Source of the DNA: Mytilus californianus
Taxonomy: Eukaryota
DNA: 64,000 nucleotides
Reading direction: 5' to 3'
Assembly: GCF_021869535.1 (NCBI RefSeq)
Contig: NW_026262734.1
Coordinates: 59,272,001 to 59,336,000, forward strand
Positions 12,501-24,067 of this stretch are shown here, one piece after another (positions within the stretch are counted from its first letter, which is position 1; every line of letters starts with the position of its first letter). The notes below the pieces were generated by a model. It was given only the letters and a program-made list of their open reading frames with translations. It was not told the origin of the DNA and made no database searches. Both the position numbers and the translations under genes were made by a program.

Positions 12501-15500
12501 GGAGCATTGGCTCACACCGAACAGCAAGCTATAAAGGGCCCCAAAAAGATTAGTGTCAAACGAATCAAACAGGAAAACCAACGGTCTAATCTATATAAAA
12601 ACGAGAATCGAGAAACACGTATGAACTACATAAACAGACGACAACTACTGTTATCAGATTCCTGACTTAGGACAGGTGCAAACATTTGCAGCGGGATTAA
12701 ACGTTTTAATGATACCAAACCTTCTCCCTTTTCTGAAACAATACTATAAACCCATTTTTGTATCAGGATAACAAATAACTTTAGGTGTTGATTCCACTCC
12801 GTGTTTGCTTAACTGTTGATATATAAATAAGGAGATGTTGTATGATTGCCAATGAGACAAATATCCACCAAAGTTCAAATGAACTTGATGTTATCAAGTA
12901 TAGGCAATCGTATGGCATTCAACAATGAGAAAAACCTATCCCGTATAGTCGGCTTTAAAAGAACCCAACATGAAAAAAATTTAATCAATTCAATTAAGAA
13001 AATTATCGGCCTAATTGATAACAAACAATTTACGAAAAAAAAACAAATATGACCGACTTGAACCAACGACAACCACTGAACTACGTGCTCCTGACTTGGG
13101 ACAGGGATGGGGTTGAACATGTTTGTAAGCGCTAAGCCCTCCCCTTAAACTGGGACAGTGGTGTTACAGAACAACATAAGAACAAAATACAAAAATCAGT
13201 TGAAAAGGGCTTAACTCATCAGATCGATACAAAGTAGAAAAAAATCTAACAAAAACACAGACCGGACATGGTAGGGTATTTATATATCCCTAACAACAAC
13301 AAATAATAACACAAAGTACAGATCTGAGAGTACTCGCGGTTACTGAAAGCTACTAGTTCAGCCAATAACATCTAATAAAAAATCATGTATCTAAGACTAA
13401 ACTGTTTTTATATATGTAAGCCTCAAATCTATGTCTTTTCCGCAAATCTATGTCCCTTTTAATATTGCGTCATAGACGTTCCAAATTTATGTCCTTTATT
13501 GTCTCAAATCAATGTCTTTTATTGTCTCAAATCTATGTCCTTTATTAACTCAAATCTATGGCCATTTTTGTCACAAATCTATGTCCTTTATCGAAATGTG
13601 GTGACGTAAGACATAGCAAGACGCAATCAGGTAAAAAAATATTTGTAGTTTCATTCTTGAAAGCACATTAATAAAGTAACATGTATGCTCGTTATGCCAA
13701 TAATTTGTACACAGAATAATGTCTAGGCTGTTGAATTTGATGTCATGGTACACAATGGAATTTAAAAAATACATAGATTCGAAACCGGAATAGTTTCACC
13801 AGAAAAAAACCTTTTTTAATAAGATAGTGGCACAAAATGTCGTTGTTAAACCGGCAATAAATTATACCCTAAACATTTTTATGTGGTACCTATACATTGA
13901 AACATTGAACAAATATGTGTATGTGTTTACAGATTACGATACAGAATAGGTTCAATTCATTGTTGAAGGCCGTACATGTATCTTTAGTTGCTTGTATACA
14001 GATGTCATTTTGTCTCAGGTTGTTTATTAACTTATATTTCGTATATGTTATCAAGACGTAATGAGTAAAGGGAAGTAACGATAATTACTACAGAACAATT
14101 AAACAAGGGATCAAGAAAAGCAAACAATTTGAAAATGTTGTAGTTTTACAATAAAATGTAAATCATACAATAATTACACACGCATGTAAAATTTTTAAGC
14201 ACACACATGGAGAACACATCCCAACTTAACATTGAATTATGGGAAATGACTTAATAAAACAAAAATCCTTTCAGGCAGATCTTCCTATATCTACGTACTT
14301 ATTAGACTGGCATAAATTTGCGCATGGCGAAACAAACTGGAAAAAGATTTAAGAAAAGAACACAGATTTGAGGCCGTATATTTTAAACGAACATAGATTT
14401 GCGAATGACGTCACGATTGAAAACAAATTTGAAAATAGGACACAGATTTGAGGCCGTATCTTTTTTAACGGACATAGATTAGCGATTGACGTCACGATGG
14501 GGCACAGATTGGCAAAACGGACACAGATTTGCGGCCGTACACAGATCTGAGGTTTACATATATATTTCCAAACTAAATTTTCCGTAACAGTATTATAGAT
14601 AGATATATATCCACACTTTAATAAATACTCATAAAAAAGCAAAGATTATAAGTAATTCTCTTCTACTATATTTATGCAAATAAAGCGCTTACATTTTTAC
14701 GTTTTCTTAAATCTTGTTTTGCAGCTTCAAATCCTGAGTACAAGTATATTGAACGAGGTAATATATTGAAACAATGATGTCACTGTAAAACTATATTAGT
14801 AAAAACAATCAACAAAATTATGTAACTTTTTAATTCGATAAAATAAAGAATGAGTCTGCAAATTCAAAATATTATATTCATTACATGTATGGAAATAGGA
14901 CAAACATTGTCACAATTACTAAATTTCTGGCCTTAAAAATAAAAAAAAATGTCTTAAATGGTAAAAAAAAAAACAAAGTAAAATTTCTAAAAGTCATATA
15001 TTCGATTTTTTTAATTTTTTATTTTAACCAGCACTTCGTGAACAATTTTTTATACAACATACAATCGATTTGATAACGGAATGTTTGACTCCTTTTGTTA
15101 TACATCGATAATTCCGCGACAAGGTGTTTTCGTGTATGAAACTTACATGAAATCTTAAATAGAATTATTTTCTAATGGAATACAGAACGACTGAAAAGTC
15201 TTAATGTTCGTAACATACTAGTAAAAGACATAATCCATTGTCATATCAATTATCTTATTAACATATATATTTTAAAAATTATTATATATTTAATAACGAG
15301 CATTTACAAACTCATGTTTCAATTGTTAAACCGAATACAACTATACATTTCAGATGCAGTTGGTTATTCTTTCGCAGATAGGATAGAAGGTACAGTTTGA
15401 CAAATATTAAGATAAAAAAAACTTATATTCTACTGTTACACTTGAGATTTTTAAAGGTAAATTGGAAACAAGTAATATCAGTTAATGTAAATTAAAATTT

Positions 15501-17293
15501 GGTAACATTTAGGCGAAATGCATGCAAGTTATCAAAGAATAATGTATGAATAAAATGTTCTAAGGTAAATACTTCTAACCAATATTGGTATTATATCTAT
15601 ATTTAAAAAGTAAATATAAGACGTACTAAATTCCATGCGTTCGAAGCGCTTTTTGAGATGTACCTTTATCACGAACGCTCGATAAAGTGTTCATGTAGTA
15701 TCAAATCGTTAAAGCATAAAAACAAAAGCCAAAAAACAACAAAAAACTTAAATTAAAGCTCTGACTCATGGTTGGGGAAAACTTAAATACTCCATGCGAT
15801 ATATACCAGGCGAGATACCAGGAAACTTCATATTCTTAGTTGTCATATACTCCATTTTAACGCTCTATTGATATTTCTCCGTGGTGATATACATGTATCT
15901 ATCTAAAGACCCGGTGTTTTAATTTTTTTTTTATTATATAAGACTGCAATGAAACGTGTTCAAAAGTTAAAGAAACTTTTTATCTTGCTGTCACATTCAT
16001 ACAAAAGTAAACAATTATATATTCGCACATAATTCCATGCCTCACAAATTACAGATATGCATTGATTCAGTATAAAGAGATATTCCAATATGAAAATCAA
16101 AAGTGACTATGCACTATCACGCTTTAAAATGAACAACATGTGTCATTAAAAAGATTGTCATGTATGTGTACAATATAAGGTATTCATACATGTACAAGGC
16201 GGGATCACACAGTTTAATATAAATTATCGAGAGAAACATTTTTTTTTTGGAGAGCCTAATTGAATAGATTGAAGATATACCTTACGAAACCTTAAGGTGG
16301 TAAGTTATAACACAGATCAACTGTGTGTATTTTATGACTTTATGTCCCAGCCGTAGGCAACGGGAGCATTAAATGTTACCCTTGTGCGTCCGTCCGTCCA
16401 TCCGTGCGTCCGTCCGTCCTTCCGTCCGCCCATTTTCGTTTCCGCATTATTACTTGAGTTTGCCTCATTTGAATTTTATGACACTCATACACAATGTTGA
16501 GAACCAAAACTAGCAGACAGAGTTTGAATTTTGGCAGTCAGTCACTTACCGTTCTAGAGTTAAGTTCATTTTCAAACCTGAAAATTGCAAACCTTGAGCG
16601 GAGGCATTCGTGTCCTCAGACACATTCTTCTTTTATCTTTTTTAAAATCTGTTTGTAAATGAGAATAATATAAAGACTTTTAAATATTCGATTTCACTTG
16701 TAGAAACTGACGAGCTCCGTCTGGTCCTGTTTGGAACTAAACAAAGTGGTAAAAGCTCGACAGGAGACATGATATTAGGAGAAGCTAAATTTCCATCGCA
16801 ATGTTTAACAAAAAGCAACACATCGATAAATATTCTTCATAGAACAATTAGGTGTGGGAAAACAATTAAAATCGTAAAAACTCCTGGATTTAGAATCGGT
16901 GAATTGGCGAGGGAAGACGTCAAGGTAAACGTTGTGAAAAATATCAACACAGTAACCCAACAACTCGGAGAGGAACCTCATGCATATCTGTATATCATTT
17001 CATCAAAAACCAATTTAGATCAAGAGACAAGAGTGATCGATCTCATATACCGAAGATTGCGAAAATTAATAGATAAAATAATTATAGTCTTTACAGGGTT
17101 TGATTTTCTGCAACCTAAAGGGTTGTCGCGCTTTAAGTACCTTGAAAGTCTGCCAGACAAATTTAAGACTTTTGTTGCAGACTGTAATGGTGAAAGCAGA
17201 ATAATATTTTTTGATAATAGCAGACTTTTTAATGAAGCTTTGGCACATACGCAAGTATCAAAACTTATCAAAATCGTCGAGACTCTAAAATAA
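6553..17293 (+). CDS. GIMAP: AIG1/GIMAP-family GTPase, 6-exon model, 252 aa
   Basis: Exons 6553-6584, 8034-8053, 10964-11011, 14725-14757, 15354-15389, 16704-17293 join in frame (759 nt) with canonical AG/GT sites: MSFSYEHPVLRKEDMLKEKKPAFQTQRTNLTQKASNPEYKYIERDAVGYSFADRIEETDELRLVLFGTKQSGKSSTGDMILGE... The small upstream exons are less certain than the last one. Symbol is family-level only. Confidence 0.7.
7224..7800. mobile_element. Non-autonomous MITE-like element rich in AGATCG(A) motifs (GIMAP intron 1)
   Basis: Repeated TTTAGATCGAT/GAATCG motifs; begins CCCCGTTCAAACT and has AGTGTGAATG near 7690. Superfamily not determined. Confidence 0.4.
10288..10875. mobile_element. Kolobok-like MITE with TTAA target-site duplication
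   Basis: TTAA at 10284-10287 and 10876-10879 flank imperfect TIRs GGTGGTTGGGGCGTC / GACATCCGAGCCACC. Confidence 0.75.
12403..13400 (+). mobile_element. Two adjacent copies of a high-copy mussel-type interspersed repeat
   Basis: Head GATGTGGTATG(A/T)(G/T)TGCCAATGAGACAA at ~12410 and ~12835. The same family recurs at ~38595 (+), ~55460 (+), ~37070-37200 (-), ~54630-54920 (-) and ~55740-55775 (-). Confidence 0.85.
13410..14564. mobile_element. Non-autonomous TIR element (~1.15 kb) with inverted subterminal repeat arrays
   Basis: Left ATATATGTAAGCCTCAAATCT versus right reverse complement ATATATGTAAACCTCAGATCT. AAATCTATGTC repeats at 13425-13590 mirror ACA(C/T)AGATTT repeats at 14360-14550. Flanked by TA runs. 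Confidence 0.75.
16341..16630 (+). mobile_element. Helentron-associated (HINE/pearl-like) non-autonomous element, one partial core repeat
   Basis: 5' TTTATGTCCC..GGGAGCATTA, then a (GTCC)n microsatellite, then a core similar to the 160-bp units at 58.6-59.8 kb, then a 3' GCGGAGGCATTCGTGTC..GACACATT end. Confidence 0.75.
16704..17293 (+). CDS. GIMAP: AIG1-type G-domain exon of the GIMAP gene
   Basis: Acceptor CACTTGTAG at 16703 extends ORF 16769..17293 upstream. ELRLVLFGTKQSGKSSTGDMILG (G1), SNT (G2), IVKTPG (G3), PHAYLYII (conserved box), VFTGFD (G4), FDNS, and QVSKLIKIVE at the end all match the AIG1 layout. Confidence 0.92.
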
Positions 17294-19439
17294 TATAGGT
17301 GTAATATGCAAATCTAGATAATGTTAATTCAGTCACTGACAGTTTTACTCACCTGAATTACCATTATTCTAACTTGTTTCTGTTAAGTGAAAATAATAAT
17401 AAATTGTAGCGTATTGTTCAAGGAAGGGTCTTTGTCTATCCCTTGTACAGCAACGCCACCATGTCCATTTCACGAATATTTCAAAAAAAAATTTAAATGA
17501 TGTCATGTGAGGCGGAATTTGCCCCGCCCACACTTAAAACAGAAAAATAGTGCATGAGTATAGTTTACATTAGATTTTTTAAAGAAAATGTAATTACTGA
17601 CAAAAGAATAAAGGATTTTCTGTTTTGATGCCGATTATTATCTTTCAAAAGTATCGGTAAGATGAATTCTGATAATCTCATGTTTCCTCATGTTCACAAC
17701 CCGAATTATGATGGTAAATTACACACTAGCGTTATTTTTACATTCTATAGGCCGAAAAACAAAATTGTGATGATGATGTAATCATCGTGAACGAAATAGA
17801 CGCATTCCTGTTAAACTTGCAGTCGACATTAGTTTTATAATCCCTAGTTATAGAGGTCGGCATATATAGCATCATACAGAATGCGTTTCATCAGAGGATT
17901 CGAATATTTTGGGAGACAAGCAACCCACAGTTAGAATGGCCAGCATTTGGCCTATTCGGAATGATAGCATCAGGCCAGTACGCACTGCTAGCACACAGAC
18001 AATTTGGGATGCTTTCATTCGGCAAATTCAATATTCCGACCCCTCCTCCTCTTTCCCTCCAAAAAAATCGCTCCCAAAATAGCAATGAGATGCTAGCAAA
18101 AAATGCCAAAAACTGATCATACAGGTTTTCATCACTTCAGCGGCATTTGATGTCACAATGCTCTGTCTTTGGAAAATTAGCATCCAGAACAAATGTGAAC
18201 TATAGAATTAGAAGTTAACTTAACTTAGCGTTCAGGCTTTTAAAAGATGCTATTGTAGCAGAAATTAACGTGAACAAAATTTTTATTTAAAAAAGAATTT
18301 AGTTGAAATAATCGTTCTTGAAAATAAAAAAAAAATATTTGTATGTTGAGAACCTATTTTTAAATCATCATTTAAACGTCAATTTAGATTAAAAAAAAAT
18401 TAAATGTTTTTAACTCTCCCCTCCTCAACCCACCCCCTAAGAAACAAATCATTGTTTAAACTTTTAGCATTTTCCTTTACTTAATTAAACAGTTAAATTA
18501 TCCTGTTGCCATGTTTGATGAAAAACACTTATTGTTCTTTTCTTTTTGGAAAAAACGGAATAGGAACATTCTTGAATGTTGGAATAGCAAACTGACACCA
18601 TTGCTAAAATACGGATGTTTACCCTTAGTCTGCATCATATCATTTAATTAAGAAAAATGCAGTGTTTTTCCAACTCATAAGTGCCATTCATTTTGTTTTA
18701 GCAAATTTTATTCTTAGGTAGATTACTAAATATTTCCTGGTGCTTGTAATGTTTATACCTCCTTTTAGCACTCATTGACAATACAGCTATCAGGATATAA
18801 CAGTTAGCACTATAGGGAGGTGTTCCTACAAGGGGAGTAAGGGATCAAGTATAACATAATTAAGAGTTTAACTTCATGACATAGAAAATGAGACAGTTTT
18901 TATAATGTATTTTACCACTTGTCTTTATAATAATTCAACCTCTACCTACATTATTCCTCCTAGAACAGAACTAATATATTTAGGAGATAACTGTATTGTA
19001 TCTTAAGCTTCGACCCCCTAAGTTTTAGGAAATATTATAGAGCCATTATGCGCGTATGTCGTACAACAGTATGGGTTTTCACAAAGGCAGATGTAAGTTA
19101 AGTAATGTGTCGGATTTAAAAATGATTTGTGAAGTCGTAACTTTTTATCTTAATCAGTTTTTAACCACATGACGTAAACGAATACTGCAAATTTATATAA
19201 ATATCTTTAAGTACTGTTTTAGTCTTGTGGGCTTGATTTTTTGTTGTTGATGTTTTAGTAAAACTATTTATAGCGTGTTTCATTAGTATTATTTGACTAG
19301 TACATATAATTGTTTATTTTTTTATGATGTGGTTCTCACGTTTTTTATTTTGGCATCTGTTGTTCTAGACTGGTAAAATAGGGGATTCTGTATCAAAACT
19401 CTTCCCTGGATAGCAAGCAAAACAAAACTTGACGATAAT

Positions 19440-19548
19440 GTTTGCTTATATTTTATTCTTTGTCACTTGAGAACAGTTTGAGAATACACTAAAAATAAAG
19501 AAAACAAACGCACTTTCATCTTCTCTGTCCTTTGCCCTCATATTTAAT
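19440..19548 (-). other. Terminal (3' UTR) exon of WAP gene A
   Basis: Acceptor TTTTACATTTTAG at 19549 and AATAAA near 19455. Clearly paralogous to 26661-26550. Confidence 0.55.
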
Positions 19549-20256
19549 CTAAAATGTAAAATATGTTTTACTGTTAATATACGTATACATTTTGAATGGT
19601 CATTAAGAAAATTAGAGGAAATACAATAAGCCAAAATGATGCAATTTCCAATGCTAGTGTACATACATACAGTTTTCCTCAATAGACGGGTAGTTTTACA
19701 ATTTATTAATCTCTAAATCGTCCTAAGTCAAATCAAAATATTATAAAGGAGATAATTCATGAATCAGCACATATTGGCCATATTAGACAACACTTTTTTA
19801 TAACTTATTTATCGTTGTGTATCGAGTGCCACGTTCCTTTTAGTACAAAAGAGGGATAAAAGATACCAGAAGGACATTTAAACTCATAAATCGAAACGCC
19901 ATGGCAAAAAAATGCAATACAGTCAGTAGTTTTGGTAAATCATAACATTATTTTCAAATAAACCAGATGAACAAAATTAACAGAACATGAAATAACAAAA
20001 CAGTAAGATTAAGTGCAACACCTTTAACATATTTAAGTATGGACAATCTTCAGTGATTTGTAATAATTTAAAAAAAAAATTTCCATTTGATGTTTCTGCT
20101 TTTAATTTTGAACTCTCAAAACGTTTTCAAAAAAGAAACAGGGCAAGTTGTTATTGTCTATGACATGGGCATTCATTCGGTGTAGGCAGTACTGTGTAAT
20201 GTATAACAATATCTTAATATCTTACCAATTAATTTTAAAATTGGTGATTGCAAGTT

Positions 20257-23200
20257 TTATCTACATGTCCGAATACCTTTTCTGCATTCTTTACCACAGC
20301 CAATTGAACAGCAAAGATATCCTCGACCACAGCTACGAGGTTGGCATGAAATACCACAGTGACTTAATCCATACGGCACAGGTGGACATTTCAGTCTGCA
20401 TGCTTTTAAATTAAAAAAAATATGTATACGCCATAATCATGATAATACAAAATAAGTGAATGATAAATAAAACAGACATGATTTATATAACTCAAAAGCA
20501 GTCGTTCGTATCTGACAATATTTTTGTTCATGCACTTGTTAAATGAAAAGGAAATAAATGTGTGTTCACATGTTTAAATAATTGAAAGTAACAAACAGAA
20601 CTTTGCGCGTTCAAAGAGTTTTTCTGGTTTTGATTTCATCAGAAACACAGAAATCCAAAAACTTGAAAGCCATGAATACATAGAAAAATTAGTAGCTGTA
20701 TGCTCAAACGTAACATAAAAAGAATACTGTAGCAGCCGTTTTGATCTATGTCAGCATTGTCTGAGAGAGTTGTAAGCTTGATTTTAAAATATTTTATTAA
20801 TTTAGCAACGGGATATAATGACTAAGAATCGTTGGGATTAAATAAAAGTAATTGGTGTAGGCGCGCACTCATTGTGGATGACCGAACGCCGTATTTCAGT
20901 TATTCATAACTTTGTCTTGTTGTCTCAACTACTTTTTTTCTACATATGATTTTATTCTCATGTCTTTATAAAAATGATATGTTGGGGCTTCGTCAACGAA
21001 ACAGCAACGTAACAACAAAACAATCTCCTAACAAAGCATACATTTAGAGTCAAAATACGATAGGTAAGCTTTAAATTTGATTGTGTAACGTATGTTTGTA
21101 TTTTATTTCAATATATTGAGAATAAATAAGTTCTCATTTACAACATTATAGGCGACCAAAGTATAACGGTGATTAAAATTTTATCAATCAATCGAAAACG
21201 ATACAAATCACATAATATCCAAAAGGAGCAAGACTTGTTGCGTCAAAAACTAAATTTGTTCTGAAACGGTACTGAGTTATACATTACGAAGTAATTTTCT
21301 ATCTTTCGGTTAATTTTTCGACTTTTTTCCGTGGTAAATTCTATACTGATCAGACAATTATTGCAGTCAATTGAATCTGTCCAGTTTATATTCAGACTGT
21401 TCAATAGTTGTTATTTACCTGTTATCGTCGACAACATGAAAGGCACTGAACTTACCGCACTGAATACATGTGTGTAGGTCTGAAAATGTATTGAAAGACT
21501 GAAGATATCTCAATGATTTATTGTTTAAACCTTTCATGCGATGTTAAGATCAAAATTACCATTTTCAGCCTAAGCACATCAACTTATGATGGTAAGTTTA
21601 CTTTGCTATGAATGCACCACCAACCGTTCGATTCACACCTAGGAAAAGTTTCACCTAGTCTGGTATTGATATATCTAAGTCACTTGTGAAATGTGACACG
21701 TACACCTAGTTCATAACGGTGACCGTAAAAATTCGATTGTGTCAATTTTAGTCGCTCTTTCTCATCACTCGGTTAGTGTAATGTTTGCGTGAGGAGCACA
21801 CATTACTCATAACGTAATGGTATTTGATTGATTTTGAACTATATTGTAAAAGTTTTCAGTATGCACAAGCACTATTGGAACTAACCGAAAATTATGAAAT
21901 TATTTCTGAGCGTTATTAGGTCTTTCTGTGAAGTTACTAGTTTCAAAGAAAGCTAAAAAAAAAAACTAAAAATGTTCCATTGTTTTCGGTTTTTATCTGA
22001 TTCAAAACTTAGATTGAGTTTTATATGTTTCGTCTGGATTAAAAAAAAATTCAATTAAAGATTTTCGTTGCTGAAATTATCGGTAAAAGAAATTTTTACT
22101 AATTAAATCTTTAAAAGACAATAAATCTTATTAGTTGAAAAACATTTTTAAGTCGTGTGCATGATGTTTTTTTTTACAATTTTGTGGCTTTTAAAAGAAA
22201 AATAAAAATACATCTCATGTCATTAATAATTAGAAAATATAGAGAAATGAAGGCAGTACTAGGCAATTTTTTTAACGCATACAAAGGAAAAAATATGGTA
22301 TGGTTTTAAAGTAATAAAGAATAGTTGAAATCGAACAATCTAACTTTGTTACAAAAAATGTATTATTATGTAGTAGAGAATTGATAAGAAGTAGTGGATT
22401 CGTAAACGATAATCAACGAGCGACTTTAGTCGCAAGTTGATTATCGTTTCCGAATCCACTACTTCTTATCAATTCTCTAGCTTAACCCATTTCTAGTAAA
22501 ACGACTGTCTGTTTTACGTTTTGACAATGAATCAACGATATTTCATAAAAATAGTTTCGTATTTTGTCTTTTTTATTCTATAATAGCTGGAAATGATTAT
22601 ATCCACACGGTTCGCATCTATATTTGGACATTTGACAAGTTAACATAAGTTTAAGATAACTTAAATGGGGTGTTAGCTCCCCTTTTTAACACCAGATTTT
22701 ATTTTTGTATAAACATATTTCATTTAATGTTTAATCATTACAAATTATTTAAATTGAATAGATTTTGGTATATTTAATTTATTCAAAAAGACATATATTA
22801 ATATACAGAATTTATTTATCTTGTTTTGAAAAGTTAAAAAAATTTAATTACCAAAATTTAGAACCTTCAAAATTTATATATATAATATTTAGCAACTTGA
22901 TTTGGTATGTTGAAGACTGAACACCGTTAAGCCGTTCTTAGTCAAATAAATATTATTAGCGTTGATGCCATACATCTGCCATTTCTTAATGCTCAAATTC
23001 GTGTTGCTTTCCTAAAGTATTAAAATTATGTGCTTACGATTTAAAATGAACTTATGTTTAAACTGTTTCCGTTTCATTTAGTTAAGATTATTTTAACGTT
23101 ATTACATTTGGCATATATCGTACACCGGTCAATACACTTGTTTTATCTGTGGTACGCATTCTGAATCCCCATCAAAATTGCTCTTGCTACGGATGTACAA

Positions 23201-24067
23201 TGAATAATTATGCTAATTTTATAAACTTACCAACAAGCTGTTCATAGCCGTGATCGTCTAGTCGTTGGTAACGAATGTCATAACGGTGATATTAACAGTG
23301 CAAAGTTCGAACCTTGTATCCGGAATGAAATTTTTTCATTGTATTTTTTTCTGGACCAAAATATTGTTTGAATCCTAGAACATGTAGAAGTATTATATAT
23401 TTCATTTTCATACAATGGCGATGATTTTGTTTCTGTTTTTACTGTCAAAGAAGTAGTTTTAACCCATTTCTTAAAAAAAAAAATAACACCCAAAATAAAA
23501 CAAATTCAATAAACATGAACACACCAAGATATATTTATTTCACTAGATTACAAAAGCGAATTATCAATGAGACAGAAATACAGTTAAATGACATGTATTG
23601 ACAAGTAAGCGCTTTAAGAGTACTATTCATATATTGATTGATGTCAGCCATCGTGGTCTAGTGATATCATGCATAGACTGAAGACTCTATTGATTATGAA
23701 GAAAATACGCGCGGGTTCGAATCCTACACATGCCACTCGTTTTTACAAGAGGATAAAAGATTGTAAGTTAAAGGTTTAAAGTTATAATAGAAGTTCTATT
23801 AAGTTAATACTGTGGTCAGTGGATTCTTAAAAAACAATCTACGGTAAGAACAATAGACTGACGTCAGAGAAATGGGTTAATTAATCATAGCAAACATTAT
23901 GATATAAATATATATGAAAAGCAAACTTTCTTGTAAGGTAATTGTCTGTTTGAAAAATAGTTTAGAACAGAAAATATGTACTTACCAATTCGTAAGCCAG
24001 ATACTTCAGTATTGACGAGGAATATCAGAAAAATACTGAAAAGAATCTTACAAGTAAACCTGAACAT
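20257..24067 (-). CDS. WAP gene A: secreted cationic single-WAP (four-disulfide core) peptide, 83 aa
   Basis: Exons 24067-23986 (signal peptide, GTAAGT donor), 21479-21456 (24 nt), 20402-20257 (TAA), all phase 1: MFRFTCKILFSIFLIFLVNTEVSG-LRIDLHTCIQCACRLKCPPVPYGLSHCGISCQPRSCGRGYLCCSIGCGKECRKGIRTCR. Has the 8-Cys WAP pattern. The AAAG acceptor is supported by the paralog at 40846. TATA-like run near 24115-24127. Confidence 0.8.
22374..22479. repeat. 106-bp near-perfect palindrome (foldback MITE) in a WAP gene A intron
   Basis: TAGAGAATTGATAAGAAGTAGTGGATTCGTAAACGATAATCAAC...GTTGATTATCGTTTCCGAATCCACTACTTCTTATCAATTCTCTA; arms of about 44 bp with one mismatch. Confidence 0.95.
23231..23374 (-). 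pseudogene. 144-nt phase 1-1 exon with an in-frame stop, inside WAP gene A intron 1
   Basis: Acceptor TGTTCTAG and donor GTAAGT. Reads GFKQYFGPEKNTMKKFHSGYKVRTLHC*YHRYDIRYQRLDDHGYEQLV. Confidence 0.45.
23646..23745 (+). mobile_element. tRNA-derived SINE head with Pol III A and B boxes
   Basis: A box TGGTCTAGTG at 23654-23663 and B box GGTTCGAATCC at 23714-23724. No complete cloverleaf. Confidence 0.7.

Noticed and set aside
13933-13949. Candidate GIMAP microexon ATTACGATACAGAATAG
   Set aside because: In the required phase it ends in TAG, and the donor is weak.
17020-17271. Minus-strand ORFs 17020..17271 and 17066..17254
   Set aside because: Antisense shadows of the GIMAP exon.
23646-23745. 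Functional tRNA gene
   Set aside because: A and B boxes are present, but there is no convincing acceptor or anticodon stem; better read as a SINE head.
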